Shown: positions 54,901 to 62,993 of the stretch, in pieces
Position numbering within the stretch: position 1 is the first letter of the stretch
Layout: every line of letters starts with the position of its first letter
Source: Sandaracinaceae bacterium
GTDB taxonomy: Bacteria; Myxococcota_A; Polyangia; Polyangiales; JAFGIB01
NCBI GenBank assembly: GCA_017881055.1
Contig: JADGRF010000120.1
Location: 489-64,488, forward strand
Length of the DNA stretch: 64,000 nt
Direction of reading: 5' to 3'
Notes under the pieces: generated by a model
Told to the model about the DNA's origin: nothing
Seen by the model: the letters and a program-made list of their open reading frames with translations, nothing else
Databases searched by the model: none
Translations under genes and position numbers: made by a program

Positions 54901-57900
54901 GACTTCGGCTATCTGGGTCCGCTCGAGCTGTCGCTGCGCATTCGGCGCGCCTTCGACAGCGTCGCGCGTCTGCAACACTACCAGGGCCATCTACTCAACT
55001 GGTACGACACCAAGAACCTGCAGCCGCTCTTGCCGCGCTACGTATCGACTGTCGACAGCGGAAACTTCGCCGGGTGCCTCGTGGCTCTCAAGCAAGGTTG
55101 TCGCGAGATCGCGGGTGCCACCATAGTTCGAGCGGCGAGCTGGCATGGGCTGCATGACGCGCTCGACTTGCTCGCAGAGGCGGTCCACTCCGTTGTCGTT
55201 GGCGGCGCCGTTCCGAAGCCCCGCATCACGTCGCTCCTGGCCGTCATCGAGCGCATGCAGCACGAGGTCGCGGCAGGGTGTGAACGCCCGGAGCAGGCCT
55301 ACGCCACGCTGCGAGCGCTCTGCGAGGACACGTCCACCGAGCTGGATCGCGAGCTGCTCCAGTTCTTCGAGACGGCGACCGAACACTGCGAGGTCGACGC
55401 CCTGTATGCGCTTCGTGCCTCGCTTGCTCGTCTGCACCAGCAGCTGCAACAGCTGCGGCGCGAGCTGGACACTCTCATGCCGTGGCTCGCTCTGCAAGAT
55501 GAAGCGGCCGCGCGCGGCCTCGAGCTTCCGACCCAGATCAGGCTCGATGAGATCGTCCCGGCCTGTCAGCGCCTGCGTGCGCAAGTGTACGAGCGAGAGT
55601 GCGAACGTCGAGGCCGCGGCGGACTCACGGCCGAGCTCGTCGCGTCGTCGCAGCGACTCACCGCAGCGCTGCGCAGCGCAGAGCAGAGCGCCGCCGCCCT
55701 GCAGGTGGAGCTGCTCGCGCTCGCCGCGAGCGCCGAAGCCGAGGTCTCCGGCATGGACTTCAAGTTGCTCTTCGACGGCGAGCGCAAGCTCTTTCACATC
55801 GGCTACAACGCCACGCTCGATCAGGTCGATCCGCACTACTACGATCTCTTGACGTCGGAAGCGCGTCTCGCGAGCTACATCGCGATCGTGAAGCGCGAGG
55901 TTCCACAGGCGCACTGGTACGCGCTGGGTCGACCGATGACGCTCGTGGCCGGAAGCCCGGCTTTGTTGTCGTGGGGCGGCACGATGTTCGAGTACCTCAT
56001 GCCGGAGCTGCTGATGCGCAGCCAGCCGGGGACCTTGCTCGCGCAGACCTGCCGGCTCGCGGTGGAGAAGCAGATCTCGTACGCGCGCCACGCGCGGGAG
56101 CCGTGGGGTATCTCGGAGTCCGCGTATGCGCGCTTGGACGCGCAGCAGACCTACCAGTACCGCTCGTTCGGCGTGCCTGGCCTGGGCTTCAAGCGCGGGC
56201 TCGAGGACGACCGGGTGATCACACCGTACGCGTCGATGCTGGCGGTTTCGACCGAGCCGCACGCGGTGGTCGACAACTTGAACAGGCTCGAAGCCATGGG
56301 CATGTCGGGCGTCTATGGTCTGTACGAGGCGCTCGATTTCACTGCGGAGCGCGCGCCGGAAGGGCGAACGTTCTCGATCGTGCGTTCCTACATGGCGCAC
56401 CATCAAGGGATGTTGCTGGTCGCATTGGGCAACGAGCTCAACGTGCGCAGCATGGTGCAGCGCTTCCACTCGGATGCATCGATGCAGACCGGTGAGCTGC
56501 TGCTGAACGAACACGCGCCCACGCGCGCGCCGGCCGAGTGGCCGCTGGCGAAGGCCACGGAAGGCTTCTTCCCGGCACTGCCAGCGACGGCACCGAGCGC
56601 GCCGGCCCAGTGGTCCGTGCCCGCACAGACCCAGCCGCAAGCGTTCGTGCTGAGCAATGGTCAGCTCACCAGCTTGGTCACCGCGTCCGGAGGCGGCGGG
56701 CTCAGCTGGCGTGGGCTCGCGCTCACACGCTATGAGCCCGACCCGACGCGCGACGACGACGGACTTTGGATCTACGTGCGCGACGAAGACAGCGGGCACG
56801 TATGGCTCGCGACGTCGGCGGAAGGTCGCACCAGCTTCGCGATGCACAAGGCCGAGTTTCATCATCGCCACGACGGCATCTCGGTTCGCGTCGACGTTGC
56901 AGTGGCGCCGGCCGACGACGTCGAAGTTCGCAAGATCACGCTGCACAACGAGTCGGGTCGAGCGCGACGCCTGACCGTCACGAGCGCAGGCAGGCCGGTG
57001 CTGTTCGACGCGAGGCAAGCGCCGGTGCACCCCGCGTTCTCCAGCATGTTCGTGCACAGCGAACACCTCGCGGAGCTCAAAGCCTTGCGCTTCACACGAC
57101 GTCCTCAATCCTCCGAGGAAGCGGCCGTGGTGGTGGTGCACCGTCTCGTCTGCGAAGGCAGCGCCGTGCGCTTCGCGGGTTACGAGACCGATCGTTCCGC
57201 GTTTTACGGTCGCTGTGGGCGACTCGATGCGCCCGCCGCGCTCACGGCGTCCTCGGGTCCACTGCGTGGTCGTGTCGGTGCGGTGCTCGATCCGATCATG
57301 AGCTTGATGTCCACCGTGGACTTGAGGTCCGAAGGCACGGCGACGCTCGCGTTCGTCACGACGGTCGGTCGTTCGCGCGGCATCGCCGTCGAATTGGCGC
57401 GCAAGTACGGTTCGTTGCACACGGTACGTTGGGTGCTTCGCGATGCCGGCCAGGAGAGTCGGCGACGCCTGCAACGCACGAAGCTCTTGCCCGCGCTCGT
57501 GCCGGAGATCCAGCGTCTGTTTTCTGCGCTGCACTTCGCCGATCCGGCTCTGCGTGCGACGCCTGCCGTGCTCACGGTCGGCAAGCCCTGCCAGCGTAAG
57601 CTCTGGAATCACGGCATCTCCGGTGATGATCCGATCTTGCTCGTGCGCGTGCACGATCCGCAGGCCCAGGTGCTGCGCGAAGCGTTTGGCGCGCAACGTT
57701 ACTTGCGGGCGTGCGGTGTGCGCTTCGACCTGGTGCTGATCGACGAGCAGGCTTCGGGCTACGTGACGGAGGGCGCGGGCACGCTGCGCGCGGTGCTCAT
57801 CGAGCAGGATGCCGACGGCTGGCTGAAACAGCGCGGAGGCGTGTACGTGATCGCGCGCGATCAACTGGCGCAAGGTGAGTGTGAGCAGCTCGAAGCGAGC

Positions 57901-60471
57901 GCGCGTGTGGTGCTCGATACTCGGCAAGACACGCTCGCTGCCCACTTGGCCAAGCTCGTCCAGATTCCACCGAAGCTTCCGCGCTTCGAAGCCACGTTGC
58001 CGGAGGAACCGAGCGAGCGTCCAAGGCCGCGCCCCAAGCTCGTGTTCGACAACGGTACCGGCGGCTTCACCGAGGATGGTCGCGAGTATGTGATCTCGGT
58101 CCCGGCGGGCAGGGCGCCGCCCGCCCCGTGGTGCAACGTGCTCGCGAACGAGTCGTTCGGCTGCGTGGTGAGTGAGTCGTCGCTCGGCGCGTCGTGGTCG
58201 TGCAACAGCGGTGAGAATCGGTTGACGCCGTGGCGCAACGACGCCGTCTTCGACACGCCCGCAGAGGCGCTGTACCTGCGTGACGAAGAAGCCTCCGCTG
58301 TGTGGTCCACGACGCCGCTGCCTGCCGGCCGCACCGGCGAAACCTTGGTTCATCACGGTGCGGGTTACACACGCTACGAGCGAGAGAGCCACGGTCTCGA
58401 GCAAATCCTGACGATCTTCGTGCCGCCCGACGCCGGCCTCAAGGTGGTGCGCCTGCAGCTTCGCAACACCTCGTCGCGACACCGCAGGCTCACGGCCACG
58501 TATTATGCGGAGTGGGTGCTCGGCAGCCGCCGCGAGCAGCAACGTCCGTACATTCTCTCCGAGTTCGATCCAGATCACGCGTGCCTGCTGGCGACTTGCT
58601 CGTGGAACGCCGAGTTCGCCGAGCGTGTCGCATTCTTGGCCTCGGCAGAAAGCGCGCACTCGTTCACGACCGACCGCGGCGAATTTCTGGGAAGACGTGG
58701 TGACTACGCACGCCCCGAGGCGTTGGAGCGTTGGGGCTTGTCGGGCCGGCTCGACGCCGGTATCGACCCGTGCGCAGCGCTGCAGGTCCACCTCGAGCTC
58801 GCGGCGGGCGAGACTGTCGAGACGCACTTCCTCTTGGGACAAGTCGAGAGCCGCGCTGCCGCGTTGCAGCTCATCGCGCGCTATCGGCAACCCGCCCAAA
58901 TGGACGGCGCGTGGGCCGCGCTGCACACGTTCTGGGACGAGCTACTCGGCAACATCCGCGTGAAGACCCCCGAGCCTTCGATGGATCTCATGCTCAATCG
59001 CTGGCTCTTGTATCAAAGCCTGACGGCGCGCGTGTTCGGTCGCACGGGTTTCTATCAGTCGAGCGGCGCCTTTGGGTTTCGCGATCAGCTTCAGGACGTG
59101 CTCGCGCTCGTGCACGCGGCGCCCGAGCGCACGCGCGCGCATATCTTGGAATCTGCCGGCCACCAGTTCGAGCAAGGCGATGTCTTGCACTGGTGGCATC
59201 CGCCCTCTGGACGCGGTGTGCGCACGCGCTGCTCCGATGATCTCGCGTGGTTGCCGTTCGTCACCGCGGAGTACGTGGCAGCCACCGGCGACCTCACCGT
59301 GCTCGACGAGTCCGTGCCGTTCTTGACCGGTCAGCCGCTGCGACCCGACGAGCAGGACCGCTACGCACAATACGAAGTCTCGAAAGCCTCCGCGCCCTTG
59401 CTCGAACACTGCCGGCGCGCGCTGGAGAAGAGTCTCACCGAGGGGGCTCACGGCTTGCCGCTGATGGCTGCGGGCGACTGGAACGACGGCATGAATCGCG
59501 TCGGCGTCGAGGGTCGCGGCGAGAGCGTGTGGCTCGCCTTCTTCCTGTGCGCGACCATGCAGCGCTTTGCTGCGCTGTACACACGTCTGCACGACGAGGC
59601 CGAAGCGACGCGCTGGAGCACTCGGGCCGCGGCGCTGCATGATCGGATCGAAGCGGCCGCGTGGGACGGCAGCTGGTACCTGCGAGCGTTCCACGACGAC
59701 GGCTCGCTCGTCGGTTCCGCGACCAGCCGCGAGTGCCGTATCGATTCGATCGCGCAGTCCTGGGCCGTGCTCGCGGCCGGTGACGCGCCACCGGAGCAAG
59801 CGCGCCGCATGCGAGTCGCCGTGCGCGCAGCGGATGATCAACTGGTGCGCGCTTCCGACCGACTCGTGCTGCTATTCTGGCCGCCGTTCGATGGCACCCA
59901 ACACGACCCTGGCTACGTTCGCGCATACCCGCCGGGCATTCGCGAAAACGGCGGACAATACACGCACGCTGCGACCTGGCTGGGCTTCGCCCATGCCGAG
60001 CTCGGCGAAGGCGAGAAGGCCGAGCGCATCTTCAAGTTGCTCAATCCGGTGCTGCGCACGCGCACCCGTGCCGAGTCGAATCGTTATCGCGTCGAGCCCT
60101 ACGTGCTCGCCGGCGACATCTACAGCTGCGCGCCGTGGACGGGTCGCGGCGGTTGGACTTGGTATACGGGCTCGGCCTCTTGGCTGTGGCGCTTGGGAAT
60201 TGAAGCCATTCTCGGCTTGCAGAGAGACGCGGGCTTCCTGCGTATCGATCCGTGCATTCCTCCGGCCTGGCCGGGCTTCGAAGCGTGGATCGTGCTCGGC
60301 CGGCAGCGTGTTCACGTCACGATCGACAATCCCGATCACGTCGCGACAGGCATTGCCCTGCTGACTCTGGATGGAGCGCCTGCCTCGTCCAATCGGATCG
60401 AGCTCGATCCCGAGGTCTCCGGCACGCACGAAGTGCAGGTTCGGCTTGGCGTCGCGCGGGCGGTGCCCTGA
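51994..60471 (+). CDS. cgs: Cyclic beta-1,2-glucan synthase (Cgs/ChvB/NdvB type; GT84 domain, central domain, GH94 phosphorylase-like C-terminus)
   Basis: 2,825 aa. N-terminal AAEWFLDNYYLIRR. TM segments. GT motif VITLDSDTQLP. The long C-terminal region has the cellobiose/chitobiose-phosphorylase-like (alpha/alpha)6 pattern (GDWNDGMNRVG..., NGGQYTHAATW). GTG start overlaps the USP stop as GTGA. Confidence 0.9.
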   Translation: MTPGLGAASPEPAERSVAIEAEAADLARGQLDLTRAVRSPARFFEASPVTRAIESARKHLAATPIADADSPKAAEWFLDNYYLIRRVARQVEEELPHGFVLHLPQVASGPSKGSLRVDTLARALVTSHRLELDLVGLRRFIDAYQTVSPLTIAELWALPTMLRSCVLRHLLRFLSELYAPELGERAHFGLRAPAPETSAKLVGHLPLEPGLGVERAIHALRVLDAMDWKTFFEKTNRVEAILRTDPAALYDRMDFETCDAYRKVVEVLAWRTGRLEQEIADLAITMAREHAHDERRGHVGHYLMDQGRLSLEARIGFRAKGMERARRVLTAHPTAWYLGSIASLTFLPLLALGALLTRTQGHGFAIAVAMLVFVVPTSAAAVSTMQWLVAHVVPPRTQPKLDFSKGLPSDAKTLVVIPTLLGHERDIAPMIRQIELHYLSNPDAQLQFALLTDDMDAAVMPQSEALVQRASACVTALNAKHGQGGPGPFHLLHREPRWNPQEQCFMGWERKRGKLAELNRLLRGDTQTSYIWHEGEASGLRDIRFVITLDSDTQLPMGCARRLVGVLAHPLNRAVFDADTGRVTAGYTIVQPRIEASPSSAHDTWFSRIFSGDVGFDIYTHAVSELYQDLFGAGIYVGKGIYDVDAFMRSVEGCVRENTLVSHDLFEGVHGRTALATDITLFEGYPSSYASYAKRLHRWARGDWQLLPWLFAKVPSQDVRRVRNRLTGIDRWKILDNLRRSLTGPLLCLAFVLGWTWLPGRPLLWTLGTLGLLLLPVATSLVLDSQRRASNLARSMLALVLLAYEAYLMVDALVRVVVRTRLTHAHLLQWTTAANTELGLEAEAPRRMFWRTMSASPILAVSCSALILWLRPSALAAAAPLLALWCLSPEIARFISRPSLGRAAPLLAAERRQLRLLARKTWSFFEAFVGPDDQWLPVDNYQESPLEQTAHRTSPTNIGLMLLSTLSAYDFGYLGPLELSLRIRRAFDSVARLQHYQGHLLNWYDTKNLQPLLPRYVSTVDSGNFAGCLVALKQGCREIAGATIVRAASWHGLHDALDLLAEAVHSVVVGGAVPKPRITSLLAVIERMQHEVAAGCERPEQAYATLRALCEDTSTELDRELLQFFETATEHCEVDALYALRASLARLHQQLQQLRRELDTLMPWLALQDEAAARGLELPTQIRLDEIVPACQRLRAQVYERECERRGRGGLTAELVASSQRLTAALRSAEQSAAALQVELLALAASAEAEVSGMDFKLLFDGERKLFHIGYNATLDQVDPHYYDLLTSEARLASYIAIVKREVPQAHWYALGRPMTLVAGSPALLSWGGTMFEYLMPELLMRSQPGTLLAQTCRLAVEKQISYARHAREPWGISESAYARLDAQQTYQYRSFGVPGLGFKRGLEDDRVITPYASMLAVSTEPHAVVDNLNRLEAMGMSGVYGLYEALDFTAERAPEGRTFSIVRSYMAHHQGMLLVALGNELNVRSMVQRFHSDASMQTGELLLNEHAPTRAPAEWPLAKATEGFFPALPATAPSAPAQWSVPAQTQPQAFVLSNGQLTSLVTASGGGGLSWRGLALTRYEPDPTRDDDGLWIYVRDEDSGHVWLATSAEGRTSFAMHKAEFHHRHDGISVRVDVAVAPADDVEVRKITLHNESGRARRLTVTSAGRPVLFDARQAPVHPAFSSMFVHSEHLAELKALRFTRRPQSSEEAAVVVVHRLVCEGSAVRFAGYETDRSAFYGRCGRLDAPAALTASSGPLRGRVGAVLDPIMSLMSTVDLRSEGTATLAFVTTVGRSRGIAVELARKYGSLHTVRWVLRDAGQESRRRLQRTKLLPALVPEIQRLFSALHFADPALRATPAVLTVGKPCQRKLWNHGISGDDPILLVRVHDPQAQVLREAFGAQRYLRACGVRFDLVLIDEQASGYVTEGAGTLRAVLIEQDADGWLKQRGGVYVIARDQLAQGECEQLEASARVVLDTRQDTLAAHLAKLVQIPPKLPRFEATLPEEPSERPRPRPKLVFDNGTGGFTEDGREYVISVPAGRAPPAPWCNVLANESFGCVVSESSLGASWSCNSGENRLTPWRNDAVFDTPAEALYLRDEEASAVWSTTPLPAGRTGETLVHHGAGYTRYERESHGLEQILTIFVPPDAGLKVVRLQLRNTSSRHRRLTATYYAEWVLGSRREQQRPYILSEFDPDHACLLATCSWNAEFAERVAFLASAESAHSFTTDRGEFLGRRGDYARPEALERWGLSGRLDAGIDPCAALQVHLELAAGETVETHFLLGQVESRAAALQLIARYRQPAQMDGAWAALHTFWDELLGNIRVKTPEPSMDLMLNRWLLYQSLTARVFGRTGFYQSSGAFGFRDQLQDVLALVHAAPERTRAHILESAGHQFEQGDVLHWWHPPSGRGVRTRCSDDLAWLPFVTAEYVAATGDLTVLDESVPFLTGQPLRPDEQDRYAQYEVSKASAPLLEHCRRALEKSLTEGAHGLPLMAAGDWNDGMNRVGVEGRGESVWLAFFLCATMQRFAALYTRLHDEAEATRWSTRAAALHDRIEAAAWDGSWYLRAFHDDGSLVGSATSRECRIDSIAQSWAVLAAGDAPPEQARRMRVAVRAADDQLVRASDRLVLLFWPPFDGTQHDPGYVRAYPPGIRENGGQYTHAATWLGFAHAELGEGEKAERIFKLLNPVLRTRTRAESNRYRVEPYVLAGDIYSCAPWTGRGGWTWYTGSASWLWRLGIEAILGLQRDAGFLRIDPCIPPAWPGFEAWIVLGRQRVHVTIDNPDHVATGIALLTLDGAPASSNRIELDPEVSGTHEVQVRLGVARAVP

Positions 60472-60535
60472 CGTAAGCTCGTGCGGTCCGGTTTCCCCGC
60501 GCGCTCGCGACTTCTGCTAGGATCCTTAGCCTGGC

Positions 60536-62467
60536 ATGGCCTCTCCAGACATCGAGCAGTACCGAGTCTTGGTGGAGCATGCTCCTGCATTGGTCTGGAG
60601 CGCCGGGCCCGACGCGCGGCACGACTACTTCAACGCAACGTGGCTCGCCTTCACCGGCCGGTCGCTCGACCAAGAAACCGGAGACGGCTGGCTCACCGGC
60701 GTGCATCCGGACGACGTCACCGCCTGCCTCGCAAGGCTGCGCCAGAGCGTCGAGCGGCGCCGGCCCTTCGAGCTGGAATACCGCCTGCGCCGCCATGACG
60801 GCGTGTACCGGCGCGTGATCGACCGTGGCATGCCGTACACCGACGACGTCGGCGTGTTTCGTGGCTACGTCGGGAACTGCTTCGACGTTGATGATTACCG
60901 CGCGCGCGAGGAGTCGTTCGGCATCAACGACTTCTTCGACATGTCGCTCGACAACCTCTGCGTCGTCGGCTTCGACGGCTACTTCAAGCGCCTGAACGCC
61001 TCGTGGACCAGGACGCTGGGCTGGACCGCCGAAGAACTCATGTCGCAGCCCTCGGAGCACTTGCTGCATCCCGACGACCACGCCGAGACACTCACTGGGC
61101 GCAAGCGCTTGCACCTGGGATCGGGGCTCGGGCCGCTCGTGAACCGCTATCGTTGCAAGGACGGCACGTACCGCTGGTTCGAGTGGCGTTCGGTGGCGCA
61201 CACCGATCGCGAGTTGGTCTACGCCGCCGCGCGCGACATCACCGAACAGAAGCTGGCCGCGCAACGCCTGAGCCAAGTCGAGGCAACCCACGAGAAGCTG
61301 CAACGGCAGCTGGTGTTCGCTGATCGCATGGCCTCGGTGGGCACCCTGGCTGCCGGCGTGGCGCATGAGATCAACAACCCGCTCGCGTACGTGATGGCCA
61401 ATCTGAACGTGCTGATCGAGGGGCTTCAGTCCTTCCGCGCGGAGCCGTCCGCGGCGCAGATCGAGGAAGCGCGCGAGATGGCGGTCGAAGCCCTGGCAGG
61501 AGCCGAACGGATTCGCAAGATCGTGCGCGGCCTCAAGACGTTCTCCCGCGCCGAAGAAGAACGACGCACGGTGATCGACGTACACCCTTTGTTGGAGCTC
61601 TCGATCAACATGACCTTCAACGAGATCCGCCACCGCGCGCGCCTCGTGAAGGACTACGGCAAGCTCCCGCTGGTCGAGGCGGACGACGCGCGCCTCGGTC
61701 AGGTGTTCATCAACCTGCTGATCAACGCCGCCCAGGCGATTGCCGAAGGCGACATCGCCGCGAACGAGATCCGCATCGTGACCTCGACCGACGCCGCCGG
61801 CCGAGCCGTGATCGAGGTGCGTGACACCGGCAAGGGCATCCCCGCAAGCTTGCTCGGCCGTGTGTTCGACCCGTTCTTCACGACCAAACCCGTGGGCATC
61901 GGTACCGGCCTCGGGCTCTCCATCAGCCACAACATCGTGACGGGCCTGGGCGGAGAGCTCACGGTGACGAGCGAGCTGGGCCGCGGGACGACGTTCCGCG
62001 TCGTACTACCTCCCGCAGCGGCGCCCGAGGCCGCCGCGCTGGCGCCCGGGCAGCCGCAGCGCCGGGCCACCGTGCGCGCCTCCGTGTTGGTCGTGGATGA
62101 CGAGCCCAGCATCGGCACCGTCCTGCGTCGCATGCTGCACGACCACGACGTGACCGCGGTGACCTCCGCTCGGCAGGCGCTCGAGCTGATCGGAGCGGGC
62201 AAGGCGTTCGACGTGATCATCTCCGATCTCATGATGCCGGAAATGTCCGGCATGGATTTCTACGACGAGCTCGTGCGCCACGCGCCAGCGCTCACTAGCA
62301 GGGTCGTGTTCGCCACCGGCGGGGCGTTCACGCCCATTGCGAACGCCTTCCTCGATCGCGTGACCAACGAGTGCATCGAGAAGCCCTTCGACCTCGAGGG
62401 TGTGCGAGCCCTGGTGCAGCGCTTCGCGCGCCAGCGCGAGGCAACCGGTGCCGGTGGCGACGGGTGA
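60536..62467 (+). CDS. Hybrid sensor histidine kinase (2 PAS, HisKA, HATPase_c, receiver)
   Basis: PAS cores (YRLRRHDGVYRRVID; YRCKDGTYRWFEWRS). H-box GVAHEINNPL. N/G boxes NLLINAAQA, DTGKGI and GTGLGLS. Receiver VLVVDDEPS...ISDLMMPEMSG...K. Confidence 0.9.
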   Translation: MASPDIEQYRVLVEHAPALVWSAGPDARHDYFNATWLAFTGRSLDQETGDGWLTGVHPDDVTACLARLRQSVERRRPFELEYRLRRHDGVYRRVIDRGMPYTDDVGVFRGYVGNCFDVDDYRAREESFGINDFFDMSLDNLCVVGFDGYFKRLNASWTRTLGWTAEELMSQPSEHLLHPDDHAETLTGRKRLHLGSGLGPLVNRYRCKDGTYRWFEWRSVAHTDRELVYAAARDITEQKLAAQRLSQVEATHEKLQRQLVFADRMASVGTLAAGVAHEINNPLAYVMANLNVLIEGLQSFRAEPSAAQIEEAREMAVEALAGAERIRKIVRGLKTFSRAEEERRTVIDVHPLLELSINMTFNEIRHRARLVKDYGKLPLVEADDARLGQVFINLLINAAQAIAEGDIAANEIRIVTSTDAAGRAVIEVRDTGKGIPASLLGRVFDPFFTTKPVGIGTGLGLSISHNIVTGLGGELTVTSELGRGTTFRVVLPPAAAPEAAALAPGQPQRRATVRASVLVVDDEPSIGTVLRRMLHDHDVTAVTSARQALELIGAGKAFDVIISDLMMPEMSGMDFYDELVRHAPALTSRVVFATGGAFTPIANAFLDRVTNECIEKPFDLEGVRALVQRFARQREATGAGGDG

Positions 62468-62993
62468 GTCCCGTGCGCACCACCGCGACTCCGTAGCCCG
62501 TGGGGCAGCCGCCGCACGAGACCACGCCCGAGACGAGCTGCACGGGTCGCAGCCACCGTTGTTGCTGGCACACGGCCCGGGCGCCGCACAGCCACCCGGG
62601 CCGTCTTTGCCCGTGCATGCGCTGCCGCCGTACACGTTGCAGCTGACGCCGGTTTGCTGTTCGAGCGCCATGACGGCACAGCTCGGCCAGTTGGCGTTAC
62701 CGTAGATCGACAGGCTTGGTCCGCCCCACAGGTCCATGCTCGTCAGGTCGCAGAGCCGTCACAAGCGCGGCGCCGGGTCCAAGCTGGACCCCTGGCGGCT
62801 CACAGCAATGTCCTCGACCCATACGCTGTGCGGAGCCACATCATCTGCACTCACCTCGATTGCGACCAGGCCGGCGGGCTGCCAGACTTTCCCGGTGCGA
62901 CAGCGATCGCGGCGAGACGCTTTCAGTCTTGTCCGTAGCTTCGTGCGGCTGTTTCACGACGATTGCGTCGACATCCGATCCCAAGGAGGCCCT

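Noticed and set aside
52513-58926. 655-aa and 1,311-aa minus-strand ORFs (52513-54480, 54991-58926)
   Set aside because: Both are antisense to the cyclic glucan synthase gene. They are Arg-rich with no recognisable motifs, so they are shadow ORFs.
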